Below the pieces are notes generated by a model. That model had not been told where the DNA came from. It did no database searches and worked only from the letters and a program-made list of their open reading frames with translations. From an uncultured Acidobacteriota bacterium (lineage in GTDB: Bacteria > Acidobacteriota > Thermoanaerobaculia > Multivoradales > SZUA-115), in assembly GCA_963805975.1 (NCBI GenBank), contig CAWDVR010000001.1, positions 1,376,001-1,440,000 on the forward strand: a DNA stretch of 64,000 nucleotides, written 5' to 3'. Shown here piece after piece: positions 17,126 through 28,219 of this stretch (position 1 is its first letter; each line of letters opens with the position of its first letter). The position numbers and the translations under genes are program-made.

Positions 17126-19573
17126 ATGCGGACCGAGCCTGCCATCGCACCCACCCCGGCCTCCGCCGACCTCACCGCGGGCGCCGCGCCGGCGCTCACC
17201 CGGGAAGGCGTCCTCGCCGACTACCGCATCGCCTATCAGAGCCGCCAGGCGAGCCTCCTCGGGCGCCGCGAGGTGCTGACCGGCAAGGCCAAGTTCGGCA
17301 TCTTCGGCGACGGCAAGGAGATCCCTCAGCTCGCCATGGCCCGCGCCTTCCGGCACGGCGACTTCCGCTCCGGCTACTACCGCGACCAGACCTTCATGCT
17401 GGCGCTCGGGATGCTGACCCTCGAGGCCTTTTTCGCCCAGCTCTACGCCCACGCCGACCTCGCCGCCGATCCGGCTTCCGGCGGCCGGCAGATGAACGCC
17501 CACTTCGCCACCCGCTTCCTCGAGGCCGACGGCTCCTGGCGCCGGCAGAGCGAGCTCTTCAACTCCTCGGCGGACGTCTCCCCCACGGCCTCGCAGATGC
17601 CGCGCCTGGTGGGCCTGGCCCACGCCTCGCGCCTCTACCGTGAGCTGCCGGAGCTCGCCGGCGCCACCGGCTTCTCGCAGGGCGGCAACGAGATCGCCTT
17701 CGGGACCATCGGCGACGCGAGCTCGGCCGAAGGCCTCTTCTGGGAGTCGGTCAACGCCGCCGGCGTGCTCGGCGTGCCGCTGCTGCTGTCGATCTGGGAC
17801 GACGGCTACGGCATCTCGGTGCCCAACGAGCTGCAGATCTGCAAGAGCGACCTGTCGAGCGTGCTCTCGGGCTTCCGCCGGGAGCCGGGCAAGAAGGGTG
17901 GCTACGAGCTCCGCCGGGTGCGGGGTTGGGACTATCCCGCGCTCTGTGCCACCTACCAGGAGACCGCCGAGCTGGTGCGCCGCGAGCACGTGCCGGCGAT
18001 CGTCCACGTCACCGAAGTGACGCAGCCGCAGGGGCATTCGACCTCCGGCAGCCACGAGCGCTACAAGACTCCCGAGCGGCTGGCCTGGGAGGCCGATTTC
18101 GACGGCCTCAGGAAGATGCGCGAGTGGCTGCTCGACTCGGGAGCGGCCACCGTCGAGGAGCTCGACCGCCTGGAGCGCGACGAGCGCGAGCGGGTCCACG
18201 AGGCGAAGATCGAAGCCTGGAAGGCCTTCCGCCAGCCCGCCGACGACGAGCTCAAGACCGTGGTGGGCCTGATGGGCGACCTCGCCCGCGCCACCGACGC
18301 GAGCGCCGAGATCGAGGCCGCGAGCGCCGCCCTGCTCCGCCGCCAGAGCCCGAACCGGCGCGACTTCCTGGCCACCGTCGAGGAAGCGCTGATCGCCGCC
18401 CGCGCCACCGATTCGCCGGAGCGCCAGCGCCTCGCCGCCTGGAAGCGCAGCCAGGAAGAGGCCAACCGCCGGCGCTACAGCTCGCACCTCACCAGCGAGA
18501 GCCCGGAGTCGCCGCTCGCCGTTGCCGCCGTGCCTCCGGTCTACCCCGCGGACGCGCCGGTCTTGAACGGCTTCGAGATCCTGAACCACGGCTTCGCCGC
18601 CGCTCTCGCCCGCGACCCGCGCATCGTCGCCTTCGGCGAGGATCTGGGGCGCCTGGGCGACGTCAACCAGGGTTTCGCCGGCCTGCAGGACCGCTTCGGC
18701 TCCCTCCGTGTCGGCGACACCGGCATCCGCGAAGCGACCATCGTCGGCCAGGCCATCGGCCTCGCCATGCGGGGGCTGCGACCGATCGCCGAGATCCAGT
18801 ACCTGGACTACGTGCTCTACGCTCTCCAGATCCTCTCCGACGACCTCGCGACGCTGCGCTATCGCACGGTCGCCGGCCAGAAGGCGCCGGCGATCATCCG
18901 CACCCGCGGCCACCGCCTGGAGGGCATCTGGCACTCGGGCTCGCCCATGGCCGGCTTGATCCACCTGGTGCGGGGCATCCACGTCTGCGTGCCGCGCGAC
19001 ATGACCCGCGCCATAGGCTTCTACAACACGCTCCTGGCGGGCGACGACCCGGCGATCGTGATCGAGGTGCTGAACGGCTACCGCAGCAAGGAGCGCCTGC
19101 CCGCCAACGTAGGGGAGATGCGGTTGCCGTTGGGCGTGCCCGAGGTGCTGCGCGAAGGCCGGGACTTGACCGTGGTCACCTACGGCGCCTGCTGCCGCCT
19201 CGCGCTCGAGGCGGCCGAGCTGCTGGCCCGGGTGGGCATCGAGATCGAAATCGTCGACGTGCAGACGCTCCTGCCCTTCGACCGCGAGGGAGCCATCCTC
19301 CACTCACTCAAGAAGACCAACCGTGTTCTGTTCCTCGATGAGGACGTGCCGGGCGGCGCCTCGGCCTACATGATGCAGCAGGTGCTCGAGGTGCAGCAGG
19401 GCTACGCCTGGCTCGACTCCGAGCCGCGCACGCTCGCCTCCCAGCCCCACCGGCCCGCCTACGGCTCGGACGGCGACTACTTCTCGAAACCCAACCGCGA
19501 GCAGATCTTCGAGACCGCCTACGAGCTGATGCACGAGGCGGGGCCGAAGCGGTTTCCGATCTTCTACCGCTGA
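17126..19573 (+). CDS. 2-oxoacid (branched-chain type) dehydrogenase E1, fused alpha/beta subunits
   Basis: [16 protein letters not shown] ThDP-binding motif, [24 protein letters not shown] and DTGIREATI. Confidence 0.92.
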   Translation: MRTEPAIAPTPASADLTAGAAPALTREGVLADYRIAYQSRQASLLGRREVLTGKAKFGIFGDGKEIPQLAMARAFRHGDFRSGYYRDQTFMLALGMLTLEAFFAQLYAHADLAADPASGGRQMNAHFATRFLEADGSWRRQSELFNSSADVSPTASQMPRLVGLAHASRLYRELPELAGATGFSQGGNEIAFGTIGDASSAEGLFWESVNAAGVLGVPLLLSIWDDGYGISVPNELQICKSDLSSVLSGFRREPGKKGGYELRRVRGWDYPALCATYQETAELVRREHVPAIVHVTEVTQPQGHSTSGSHERYKTPERLAWEADFDGLRKMREWLLDSGAATVEELDRLERDERERVHEAKIEAWKAFRQPADDELKTVVGLMGDLARATDASAEIEAASAALLRRQSPNRRDFLATVEEALIAARATDSPERQRLAAWKRSQEEANRRRYSSHLTSESPESPLAVAAVPPVYPADAPVLNGFEILNHGFAAALARDPRIVAFGEDLGRLGDVNQGFAGLQDRFGSLRVGDTGIREATIVGQAIGLAMRGLRPIAEIQYLDYVLYALQILSDDLATLRYRTVAGQKAPAIIRTRGHRLEGIWHSGSPMAGLIHLVRGIHVCVPRDMTRAIGFYNTLLAGDDPAIVIEVLNGYRSKERLPANVGEMRLPLGVPEVLREGRDLTVVTYGACCRLALEAAELLARVGIEIEIVDVQTLLPFDREGAILHSLKKTNRVLFLDEDVPGGASAYMMQQVLEVQQGYAWLDSEPRTLASQPHRPAYGSDGDYFSKPNREQIFETAYELMHEAGPKRFPIFYR

Positions 19574-19579
19574 GGCGCC

Positions 19580-21142
19580 TCAGCCAGGCACGGCCGGCAG
19601 CAGCTCGGCCAGCAGTTTCGTGAGGGTGGGGAAGCTCACCGGTTTGACCAGATGGGCGTTGAAGCCGGCCTCTTTGGCTTTTTCCCGGTCTTCGTCCTGG
19701 CCCCATCCGGTCAAGGCCACCAGCACCATCTTCTGACCCCACGGCTCTTCTCGTATCTTGCGCGCCACTTCGTAGCCGTTCAACTTCGGCAGGCCGATGT
19801 CGAGCAGCACCACGTCGGGCTCGAAGGTCGCCACCGCTTCGACCGCTTCGAGGCCGTCGAAGGCGGTGTGCGTTTCGTTGCCGGTCAGCGCCAACAACAT
19901 CGCCAGCGATGTTGCCGAGTCCCGGTTGTCGTCGACCACGAGGATGCGGCGGGCGGGCTGGATCGTCGGCTCGCTGACGATCGGCTGTGATGGCGGCGGT
20001 TCGGGAGCTTCGACCTGGATCGGCAGACGCACCACGAACTCACTGCCCTGCCCCACACCGGCACTGTGCGCTTCCACCGTGCCGCCGTGCATCTCCACCA
20101 GGTTTTTGACCAGCGTCAGGCCGATGCCCAGCCCGCTGATCGAACGCCCCAGCGAGATATCGATCTGCGTGAACATGTCGAAGATACGGTGAATCTGCTC
20201 GGCGGCGATGCCGATGCCGGTGTCCCGCACGCGGATCACGGCCTGCCCGCCCTCCTGCTCGACCGTGAGCGAGATGCGCCCGCCCCCGTCGGTGAACTTG
20301 CAGGCGTTGTTCAGGAGATTGCCCACCACCTGCGTCAATCGGGCCGGATCGCCGTGCAGGTACACCGGCTGCGGCGGCAGCGTGATGGTCAGCTCGTGGC
20401 CCATGACCTCGGCGAGCGGGCGGGTGGCGTCGACCGCGTGACGGAGAACGGATGCCAGCTCGATCGGCTCGCTGCGCAGCTCGATCCTGCCCCGGCTGAT
20501 GCGGCTCATGTCGAGGAGATCGTCCACCAGCCGCACCATCTGGCCGACCTGACGCTCCATCATTTCGGACGCCGCATGAGCTGCCTCCGCGTTCCCGCCT
20601 GGCAGCCGCATGATTTGCAGGGCGTGGAGGATCGGGGCGAGGGGGTTGCGGAGCTCGTGGGCCAGCATCGCCAAGAACTCGTTCTTGTGCCGGTCGGACT
20701 CCGACAGATCGGCGGCGCGCTGTCGCAGCTCGTTTCCCCGCCGCTGCCGCTCGGTGATGTCGCGAATGTTGCATTGGATGACCTGACGCTGGCCCTCGCG
20801 ATACACGTTGCTGACGAACTCCACTTCGGATCGGCGCCCCGCCTTGGTTTCGAGGGGCAGGTCTTCGTAGCGGATGTAGTGCGTCGCTTGCAGCTTTCGG
20901 ACCGCGGCCTTGCTCTCCTCGACGTCCTTGAACAGCCCGATCTCCCAGAGCTCCTTGCCCACCAGCTCGGCATGGGTGTAACCCAGGAGCTCCGCAATGA
21001 AGGGGTTGGCGTCGGTGATCTTGGCAGTATCCGCGTCGAGGATGAGGATGCCGTCGCGGGCCGACTCGAACAGCCGCCGATATCGGAGCTCGGAGATATT
21101 CAAGACGTCATCCGCCCGATGGCGGTCGTCGAGGTCTGGCAC
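19580..21142 (-). CDS. Cytoplasmic hybrid sensor kinase (PAS-HisKA-HATPase-REC)
   Basis: PAS domain (YRRLFESARDGILILD), LAHELRNPL, NLLNNACKFT, DTGIG, GLGIGL and a receiver domain (VVDD, LLDIGLP, KPV). AGGAG RBS before GTG. Confidence 0.93.
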   Translation of the reverse strand: MPDLDDRHRADDVLNISELRYRRLFESARDGILILDADTAKITDANPFIAELLGYTHAELVGKELWEIGLFKDVEESKAAVRKLQATHYIRYEDLPLETKAGRRSEVEFVSNVYREGQRQVIQCNIRDITERQRRGNELRQRAADLSESDRHKNEFLAMLAHELRNPLAPILHALQIMRLPGGNAEAAHAASEMMERQVGQMVRLVDDLLDMSRISRGRIELRSEPIELASVLRHAVDATRPLAEVMGHELTITLPPQPVYLHGDPARLTQVVGNLLNNACKFTDGGGRISLTVEQEGGQAVIRVRDTGIGIAAEQIHRIFDMFTQIDISLGRSISGLGIGLTLVKNLVEMHGGTVEAHSAGVGQGSEFVVRLPIQVEAPEPPPSQPIVSEPTIQPARRILVVDDNRDSATSLAMLLALTGNETHTAFDGLEAVEAVATFEPDVVLLDIGLPKLNGYEVARKIREEPWGQKMVLVALTGWGQDEDREKAKEAGFNAHLVKPVSFPTLTKLLAELLPAVPG

Positions 21143-21278
21143 GCGATCTCCTGAGTCAGTTTTTTCTTGCCGTGGTCATCGTCGGCAGATGGCATTCTAC
21201 CCAAGGTCGGCAAGGAGGGCGGGCCTGTCCCAGCTCCCCGCGAACCGCTGTCGAAGGCGTTCCAGTAGGATGCCTGCC

Positions 21279-21839
21279 ATGCACACCCGCGAAGAAGTCA
21301 CCCTCACCCGCGACTGCGAGGCGATCCAGGTGCCGGAGGGCACGAAGAGCACCCTCCCGGCCGGCACCGCTGTGGTCATCACCCAGGCCCTGGGCGGGAC
21401 CTACACGGTGATGACCCCCTACGGGCTCCTGGTACGGATCGACGAGCGCGACGCCGACGCCCTGGGCAAGGCGGCCGCTGTCGCCTCGGAGGGGGCCGCG
21501 CCCGGGGAGGCCGGGCCGGCGCCGGCGAGCCTCGAGGAGCGGGTCTGGGAAGCGATGCGCAAGTGCTACGACCCGGAGATCCCGGTCAACATCGTCGACC
21601 TCGGGCTGGTCTACGACTGCCAGGTGGAGCCGCACCCGGACGGCCGCGAGAAGGTCACGGTGAAGATGACCCTCACCGCTCCCGGCTGTGGCATGGGCGA
21701 GGTGCTGGTCGAGGACGTGAGGCGGCGGGTCGAGGGGCTCGCCGGCGTGGCCGAGGCCGATGTCGAGCTGGTGTTCGACCCGCAGTGGAGCCAGGAGATG
21801 ATGTCCGAGGCCGCCCGGCTCCAGCTCGGGCTGCTGTGA
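21279..21839 (+). CDS. sufT: Fe-S cluster assembly protein SufT (DUF59)
   Basis: ITQALGGTYTV, YDPEIPVNIVDLGLVY, MTLTAPGCGMG and MSEAARLQLG. Confidence 0.92.
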   Translation: MHTREEVTLTRDCEAIQVPEGTKSTLPAGTAVVITQALGGTYTVMTPYGLLVRIDERDADALGKAAAVASEGAAPGEAGPAPASLEERVWEAMRKCYDPEIPVNIVDLGLVYDCQVEPHPDGREKVTVKMTLTAPGCGMGEVLVEDVRRRVEGLAGVAEADVELVFDPQWSQEMMSEAARLQLGLL

Positions 21840-21995
21840 GGCCGCTCCGCCCTCCGGCGTTGGAACCTGGAGCCGCCGCCGTTCGTTGAAAGAAACAGCG
21901 GGCCGTCGGCGTACCTTTCTCGAGCACCGCTGCTAACCGATTCCCCCTTGCAGGGCACCAAGAGAAGTAGCGGCTCCGACATGATCGACATCGCA

Positions 21996-22337
21996 ATGCA
22001 GGACTACCGGCACCTCGAAGCCTTCCAGCTCGCCCGCGGGCTCCTGGCCGGCGTGTGCTCGGGCGTGCCGCGGAGCGGTGCGGGCCGGCCCATCCACCGT
22101 GCCGCGGTGGCTGCCGCCGCCCGCATCGCCGACGGTACCGGCCCCGGCAACCCCGCCTCGCGCTCGAATCACCTGGAGGAGGCCCAGGCCAGCCTCGTCG
22201 AGCTTGGCCTGCTGCTGCGCGCGGCCCAGGAGGCCGGGGCGCTTCCCGCCGACCTCGCCGCCGCTCTGATCGAGCGCCGCGACCATGCCAGCCGCGCCCT
22301 CGAGGCGCTCGCCGGCCCGGAGCCGATCCAAGGCTAG
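21996..22337 (+). CDS. Four-helix-bundle protein (23S rRNA IVP/Avd-like), divergent
   Basis: MQDYRHLEAFQLA and RAA..AARIADG..AQASLVEL patterns. Confidence 0.65.
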   Translation: MQDYRHLEAFQLARGLLAGVCSGVPRSGAGRPIHRAAVAAAARIADGTGPGNPASRSNHLEEAQASLVELGLLLRAAQEAGALPADLAAALIERRDHASRALEALAGPEPIQG

Positions 22338-22351
22338 CAGGGCCGTGGTTC

Positions 22352-22440
22352 AGCTCGAGCCCCGCGTGCCCTGGGAGGCGCGCAGCGTGACCCGCAGGGG
22401 GCGTCGAGCACCGGACCAGGGCACGCGGGGCTCGAGCTAC
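22352..22440. repeat. REP-like inverted repeat (23-bp perfect arms)
   Basis: AGCTCGAGCCCCGCGTGCCCTGG (22352-22374) and its reverse complement (22416-22438). The right arm extends to a GTAG tag on the minus strand. Confidence 0.85.
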
Positions 22441-22497
22441 GGCTGGATGGCAGCGCCCTAGCCGCCCCCCGGGGACCGGCGTCTATACTCCGTTCCC

Positions 22498-22848
22498 ATG
22501 CAGACCTTCAACTCCGCTCTCGGCCTCGCCCCCGGCTTGGAGGAGGGCACGATCGTGCTCGACACCCGGCCCGAGCACCAGGTGGCGCCGGAGACCATCC
22601 ACTTCGCGGTGCTCACCACGATCGCCGAGGTGGCGGCGGCGCAGGCCGCGGCCGTGCCCGTGGTGCCGGCCGCAGTGACGGTGAATTTGCTGGCGCGGGC
22701 CCGGCCCGGCCGCCTGGTGGGCCGCGGGCGGGTACTGCGGCGCGGCCGGACCCTCACCGTATGTGAGGGCGAGGTCTACCAGGGCGAGACGCTGGTGGCC
22801 AAGGCCACGGTCACGTTCGCGGTGCTCGCTCCCAGACCTGGAAGCTGA
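22498..22848 (+). CDS. PaaI family thioesterase (hotdog fold)
   Basis: IHFAVLTTIAE, VNLL..ARPG, RRGRTL and VAKATVTF. Confidence 0.85.
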   Translation: MQTFNSALGLAPGLEEGTIVLDTRPEHQVAPETIHFAVLTTIAEVAAAQAAAVPVVPAAVTVNLLARARPGRLVGRGRVLRRGRTLTVCEGEVYQGETLVAKATVTFAVLAPRPGS

Positions 22849-23311
22849 AGGGCACGCCGTGCGTCTCGTCCGCCGGATGGTCCTCTCGCCAGGCCAGCCG
22901 CCACGCGCTCGGGTCGAGGTCCGGAAAGAACGTATCGCCTTCGAAACGGGCCTCGACGCGGGTCAGGTGCACGCGGTCGGCCCGTGGCAAGAGCGCCCGG
23001 TAGATCTCGCCGCCGCCAGCCACGAACGCCTCGCTCGCCCCGGCAGCTTCCGCAAGCTCCACTGCCACGTCCGGCGAGGCGGCGACGAGCACGCCCTCCG
23101 GCGTCACCAGAGCACCTCGACTCACCACCACCATGGTCCGGCCCGGCAGGGGCCTGCCGATGGCCTCGAAGGTCTTCCGGCCGACGATCAGGTGGTGGCC
23201 CATGGTCAGCGCCTTGAAGCGCCGGAGGTCCGCCGGCAGCCGCCACGGCAACCCGCCGCCAAGGCCGATGACTCCGCCGAGATCCGCGGCGACGATGAAC
23301 GAGACCCGCAC
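22811..23311 (-). CDS. folA: Dihydrofolate reductase
   Basis: LPWRLPADLRRFKALT, GRKTFEAIGRPLPGR, GGGEIY and GDTFFP. Downstream of thyA. Confidence 0.96.
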   Translation of the reverse strand: MRVSFIVAADLGGVIGLGGGLPWRLPADLRRFKALTMGHHLIVGRKTFEAIGRPLPGRTMVVVSRGALVTPEGVLVAASPDVAVELAEAAGASEAFVAGGGEIYRALLPRADRVHLTRVEARFEGDTFFPDLDPSAWRLAWREDHPADETHGVPFSFQVWERAPRT

Positions 23312-23316
23312 GGGCT

Positions 23317-24111
23317 TTAGACCGCGACTTGCGCCTTGATCGCCGGATGCGGATCGTAGCCGGTGAGCTCCACGTCCTCGTAGCGAAACTCGGGGAGCGA
23401 GCGCACGGCGGGGTTGAGCCGCAGGCGGGGCAACGGCCGCGGTGCGCGCGTGAGCTGCAGCCGCGCCTGCTCGAGGTGGTTGGCGTAGAGGTGGGCGTCG
23501 CCTAAGGTGTGGATGAACTCGCCTGCCTCGAGATCACAGACCTGGGCCACCATCGCGGTCAGCAGTGCGTAGGAGGCGATGTTGAACGGCACCCCCAGGA
23601 AGACGTCGGCGCTCCGCTGGTAGAGCTGGCAGGAGAGCCGGCCGCGGGCGACGTAGAACTGGAACAGGACATGGCAAGGAGGCAGCCGCATCTCGGCGAG
23701 CTCGCCCACGTTCCAGGCCGAGACCAGGTGGCGGCGCGAATCCGGGTTGCTTTTGAGGCCCGCTACCAGCTCGGCCATCTGGTCCACGCCGCCGCCGCCG
23801 GGCCGCGGCCACGAGCGCCACTGCCGGCCGTAGATCGGCCCCAGATCCCCGTGCTCGTCCGCCCACTCGTCCCAGATGCTGACGCCGTGCTCGTTGAGGT
23901 AGCGGACGTTGGTGTCACCGGCCAGGAACCACAGCAGCTCGTGGACGATCGAGCGCAGATGGAGCTTCTTGGTGGTGACGAGAGGAAAGCCGGCCGCGAG
24001 GTCGAAGCGCATCTGCCAGCCGAACACCGAGCGCGTGCCGGTGCCGGTGCGGTCGGCTTTGTCGACGCCGTGCTCGAGCACGTGCCGGAGAAGGTCGAGG
24101 TACGGTTGCAA
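23317..24111 (-). CDS. thyA: Thymidylate synthase
   Basis: [36 protein letters not shown] and DAHLY. Confidence 0.98.
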   Translation of the reverse strand: MQPYLDLLRHVLEHGVDKADRTGTGTRSVFGWQMRFDLAAGFPLVTTKKLHLRSIVHELLWFLAGDTNVRYLNEHGVSIWDEWADEHGDLGPIYGRQWRSWPRPGGGGVDQMAELVAGLKSNPDSRRHLVSAWNVGELAEMRLPPCHVLFQFYVARGRLSCQLYQRSADVFLGVPFNIASYALLTAMVAQVCDLEAGEFIHTLGDAHLYANHLEQARLQLTRAPRPLPRLRLNPAVRSLPEFRYEDVELTGYDPHPAIKAQVAV

Positions 24112-24118
24112 CGATCCC

Positions 24119-24436
24119 CTAGGGGTTGACGATTGCGTTCCCTGCTTTGCGGGGCGGGTCGTTGCGAGGCCGCTCCGCGACCGGAGGATTCTTGTTGAAC
24201 TCCGGGGCGAGCGCCAGGTTGACCTTGGCCCAGTCCGGGGCCTCGTCCTCGCTCTCGACGATGGCGCCGATGGGGCACTCCGGCAGGCAGAGGCCGCAGT
24301 CGATGCAGACCTCGGGATCGATGATCATGAACTCCTGATCCTGGTAGTCGCCGGGCTTGATGCAGTCCACCGGGCAGACCGCGGCGCAGGTCGCGTAGCG
24401 CTCGCCCAGACATTTATCCGTGATCACGTAGGCCAT
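24119..24436 (-). CDS. Ferredoxin (7Fe, [3Fe-4S]/[4Fe-4S] type)
   Basis: [36 protein letters not shown]. Confidence 0.9.
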   Translation of the reverse strand: MAYVITDKCLGERYATCAAVCPVDCIKPGDYQDQEFMIIDPEVCIDCGLCLPECPIGAIVESEDEAPDWAKVNLALAPEFNKNPPVAERPRNDPPRKAGNAIVNP

Positions 24437-24625
24437 GGCGGCGACTCTCCTCCTCGGCCGGGTCTCGCGCAAACGCGAAGCCGGCCAGCGTGCGGGCAAA
24501 TTGCGCGGCAACTGTACGGGGCAACGCCGGCCGGCGTCAATCCGCGGCCGGGGACCCGGTTGCAATTCGGCGCCGGGGCGGGCTTGCCGTTACAATGCCG
24601 CGCCAGTCCCCAGGCCGCGTTCGCG

Positions 24626-25852
24626 ATGAGCATCCTCTTTCTGGCCCCCGAGCATCCCGCTCCGCACCGCGACTTCGTGCGTGCATTGAAAGCGGTGGGC
24701 GCGCGGGTGACCGGCATCGGGCACCAGCCGGCCGCGGCTCTCGACCCCGAGCTCAGGAGCTGGCTCGACGGCTACCAGCGCGTGGGCTCGCTGTTCGACG
24801 CCGGCCAGGTGCTGGCCGCGGCGCGGGAGCTCGAGCGGGGCGCGCCGATCGACCGCGTCGAGGCGGTGGACGAGATGCTGACGCTGCCCGCCGCGCGGCT
24901 GCGCGAGGCACTGGAGGTGCCGGGGCTCTCGGTCGCGACGGCCATTCTCTGCCGCGACAAGACGGCGATGAAGGAGGCGCTCCGGGCCGGCGGCGTTCCC
25001 TGCGCCGCCTCGGCGGCGGTGGCCTCGCGCGAGGAGGCTTTCGCCTTTGCCGAGGAGGTGGGCTTCCCGCTGATCGCCAAGCCGCGTGCCGGCCTGGGCG
25101 CGCAGCAGACCTTCCGCGTCGAGAGCTTCGCGGAGCTGGCGGCGGCGACCGCCGCGCTGGGGGTCGACCAGGGGCAGTCGGCGGCGATCGAGGAGTTCGT
25201 GGTCGGCCACGAGGGTTTCTACGACACGCTGACCGTCGCCGGCGAGGTGCGTCACGAGTTCATCGCCCACTACTACCCCAACGTGCTGGTGGCGATGGGA
25301 GACCGCAGGATCTCGCCGCAGATCGTCACCACCAACCGCGTGGCGGCGCCCGGCTACGAGGCGCTGATCCGCCTCGGCCGCGAGGTGATCGCGATCCTCG
25401 GGCTGGGCACCACCGCGACCCACATGGAATGGTTCTTCGGGCCCAAGGGGCTCAAGTTCTCCGAGATCGGCGCCCGGCCGCCGGGAGAGCGGCTCTGGGA
25501 CTTGCACGCGGTGGGCAACGATCTCGACCTCTACCGAGAGTGGGCGCTCGCCGTCTCCACCGGGCGGACCGAGGGGCGGGCGAGCCGCCGCTTCGCCACC
25601 GGCACGGTGCAGGTGCGACCGAGCTGCGACGGTGTGGTGGCCGCCTACCACGGGCTGGACGAGGTCGCCCGCGCCTGCAAGGAGTGGATCACCGCCTCCA
25701 GCCTGCCACGGCCCGGCAGCCCGACTCGTCCCATCCGGCTGGGCTATCTCGAGAACGCCTGGTTCCGCCTGCGCCACCCGGACTATGACCGGCTGCGGCA
25801 GATGCTGGACTTCATCGGCTCGACGGTGAAGGTGCTGGCGCGGCCGGCCTAG
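24626..25852 (+). CDS. ATP-grasp domain protein
   Basis: RDKTAMK, GFPLIAKP, EEFVVGHE, HMEWF and FSEIGARPPG. Confidence 0.88.
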   Translation: MSILFLAPEHPAPHRDFVRALKAVGARVTGIGHQPAAALDPELRSWLDGYQRVGSLFDAGQVLAAARELERGAPIDRVEAVDEMLTLPAARLREALEVPGLSVATAILCRDKTAMKEALRAGGVPCAASAAVASREEAFAFAEEVGFPLIAKPRAGLGAQQTFRVESFAELAAATAALGVDQGQSAAIEEFVVGHEGFYDTLTVAGEVRHEFIAHYYPNVLVAMGDRRISPQIVTTNRVAAPGYEALIRLGREVIAILGLGTTATHMEWFFGPKGLKFSEIGARPPGERLWDLHAVGNDLDLYREWALAVSTGRTEGRASRRFATGTVQVRPSCDGVVAAYHGLDEVARACKEWITASSLPRPGSPTRPIRLGYLENAWFRLRHPDYDRLRQMLDFIGSTVKVLARPA

Positions 25853-25875
25853 CCACCCGCAGCAAGAGCGCCGGC

Positions 25876-26655
25876 ATGCTCGAAGGAGTCCTGCAGCGGC
25901 TGCTGCGCAGGTTCCCGCGGATGGCGCGCTCCGGGTTCGCGCAACGGGCCTATACCTGGTCCCGCGCGGCGCTCGAAGCCCAGTACGTGCAGGATCGCCT
26001 CGTCACCTGCCAGAGCCCGCGGTCCTTCATGGAGGACCCGGCTTTTCTCAGCGCGTACCGGGCCGGCGAGGCGACGGAGTCCTGGGGCGGCAACCGGGTG
26101 CACTGGCGGGTGCACGTCCTGTGCTGGGCGGCCAGCCAGGCGCTCGCGACCGAGGGCGATTTCGTCGAGTGCGGCGTGCACCGGGGTGGCTACGCCCGGG
26201 CGGTGATGGACTACGTCGACTTCCGCTCGACGGGTCGATGCTTTCATCTTCTCGACTCCTTCGCGGGGATGCCGCCCTCCTACGTCCGGCAGATGTCCGG
26301 CGGCGAGAACCGCGCGTTCTATCTGCACTTCGGCGATTGTTACGAAGCCGTCCGGCAGACCTTCCGGGACGATCCGGTCCACATCGTTCGGGGCGTCATC
26401 CCCGACTCGCTGGTCGAGATGTCGCAGGTCGCGAAGGTCGCCTACCTGTCGGTCGACCTGAACTTCGCGGAACCGGAGATCGCGGCGCTCGAGTACTTCT
26501 GGCCGCGCCTCCAGCCGGGTGCGCTGGTGGTCCTCGACGACCATGGTTTCAAGGGTTTCGAAGCCCAGCGTCGGGCGCACGTCGAGTTCGCGCACCGCCG
26601 GGGCGTGCCGCTCCTCGCCCTGCCGACCGGGCAAGCCATCCTGATCAAGGCCTGA
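25876..26655 (+). CDS. TylF/MycF family O-methyltransferase
   Basis: EGDFVECGVHRG, LLDSF, YLSVD and VVLDD. Confidence 0.88.
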   Translation: MLEGVLQRLLRRFPRMARSGFAQRAYTWSRAALEAQYVQDRLVTCQSPRSFMEDPAFLSAYRAGEATESWGGNRVHWRVHVLCWAASQALATEGDFVECGVHRGGYARAVMDYVDFRSTGRCFHLLDSFAGMPPSYVRQMSGGENRAFYLHFGDCYEAVRQTFRDDPVHIVRGVIPDSLVEMSQVAKVAYLSVDLNFAEPEIAALEYFWPRLQPGALVVLDDHGFKGFEAQRRAHVEFAHRRGVPLLALPTGQAILIKA

Positions 26656-28219
26656 TGCTTGGCGACAAGCCGAGCTCGAACAACGTCACCTCCTGCCCCA
26701 GCAGCCGCTGGTGGAAGGTGCCGCGGTTGCGCGCCGACGCAAGGGCCGGCGAGGCGCGGAGGCGCTCGAAGAGCAGGGAATCGACCGGATTCGGCACCAA
26801 CGCGAGCCACACCCGACGCGGCGCGGGCGCCGACTCCCAGCTCCCCGCCAGCCGGTCGGCCTCGGCAGCCAGGCGCCCGCGATCTGCCTGCCAGGCGGCG
26901 GCGTCCTCGTTGCCGGGGTGGAGGGCCAGCTCGGCCGGGAAGGAGGCGATCTCGAGCTCTCCCGTCCTGCCGCGCAGGTAGTAGCTGAGCGGCGCCAGGG
27001 TCAGCGAGGTGGCGACCACGTCGTCCCCCGGCTTCGCCTCGGCGGCGATCACCGCCGCCAGCTCGCGCTCGGCAGGCGCCTGCTCTACCTGGTAGAGGCC
27101 GTGGAGCTGGAGCGCCGAGAGCAACACCACGGCGGCCAATGCCAGATGCGACAGCACCGCCGGCCGGAGGGCCGCCAAGCCGGCCGCCAGCAGCAGGCAG
27201 AAGGCCGGCGCCACCAGGTTGTCCAGCCGGCCGGGCAGGTAGATGGGGCTCGCCAGGATCGACCAGGCCGCGGCGGCGGAGAGCGGCACCACGAGGTAGC
27301 AGAGCAACCACGGGCCAAAGAGCCGAGCCGGCGTCCTGTCTTCCTTGGCGCGCAGCAACGCCCAGGCTCCGACCGTGAGCAGCGCAGCCGACATCCCAAG
27401 GGCGATCCATGGCCAAAGCCCGGAGGGCAGGCCCACGTAGGCCGGCGCTCTCCCTCCCGGCGCCAGGGCCGCGAGCGAAGCGGCGAGCGAGCCCGCGACG
27501 CCGTGCTCGCGCCACACCGCCTCCATCCAGGCGACCGGGGCCCGCTGCTCCATCTGCCGCAGCAGGAAAGGCACCCAGGGCAGGTAGCCCAGAACGGCAA
27601 CGCCCAAGCCGGCGAAGGGCCGCAGCCCGAGCCCCGTGCGCCAAGCCGCCACCACTGCGAAGACCAGGGCCGCCGCGAGCAGGAAGACGGCGGTGTTGTG
27701 AGTGTAGAGCGCGACCAGCAGCCCGCCGGCATGGAGCACCAGCCAGCGGCGGCGGCCCTCCTCCACCCACAGCGCCAAGCCGGCCAAGGCGGCGAGCCCG
27801 GCCAGGGAGAGGAGCGCATAGCCGCGCGCTTCCTGGCTGAAGCGCACGCCGAGCGGCAGCACGGCACCGAGAAGCGCCGCCAGCAGCCCCACACGTTCGT
27901 CGAAGAATCGGCGTCCGGTGGCGTAGAGACCGGGCACCAGCGCCACGCCACAGAGCACGGAAAGCGCCCGCAGCGCCGCTTCCGAGTCTCCGGCCACGGC
28001 CATCCAAGCCCGGAGCAGCAGGTAGTACCCGGGCGGGCCCGAGTCCGGCGCGAGAGCGGCCAGGAGCGGGCGCCAGCCCAGGCCGGCGAAGCGATGGCTC
28101 ACCGCCTCGTCGAGCCACAGCGGCGGGCCGCCGAGGTTCCACGCCCGCAGGGCCAGGGCCAGCGCCGCCAGGACACCGGCGCGAAGGTAGGGGTTCGCCA
28201 GCGCGGGCCGGGGCCTCAG
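26645..28219 (-). CDS. GT-C glycosyltransferase (family 39/PMT-like)
   Basis: LWLDE motif lies upstream of the called GTG 28102, followed by PPGYY..W, RALS and SQEARGY with many transmembrane helices. Start inferred at CTG 28219. Confidence 0.82.
   Translation of the reverse strand: MRPRPALANPYLRAGVLAALALALRAWNLGGPPLWLDEAVSHRFAGLGWRPLLAALAPDSGPPGYYLLLRAWMAVAGDSEAALRALSVLCGVALVPGLYATGRRFFDERVGLLAALLGAVLPLGVRFSQEARGYALLSLAGLAALAGLALWVEEGRRRWLVLHAGGLLVALYTHNTAVFLLAAALVFAVVAAWRTGLGLRPFAGLGVAVLGYLPWVPFLLRQMEQRAPVAWMEAVWREHGVAGSLAASLAALAPGGRAPAYVGLPSGLWPWIALGMSAALLTVGAWALLRAKEDRTPARLFGPWLLCYLVVPLSAAAAWSILASPIYLPGRLDNLVAPAFCLLLAAGLAALRPAVLSHLALAAVVLLSALQLHGLYQVEQAPAERELAAVIAAEAKPGDDVVATSLTLAPLSYYLRGRTGELEIASFPAELALHPGNEDAAAWQADRGRLAAEADRLAGSWESAPAPRRVWLALVPNPVDSLLFERLRASPALASARNRGTFHQRLLGQEVTLFELGLSPSIRP

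Noticed and set aside
21996-22440. Diversity-generating retroelement (Avd-like gene plus hairpin)
   Set aside because: There is no reverse transcriptase and no template/variable repeat pair with adenine-specific mismatches in the window.
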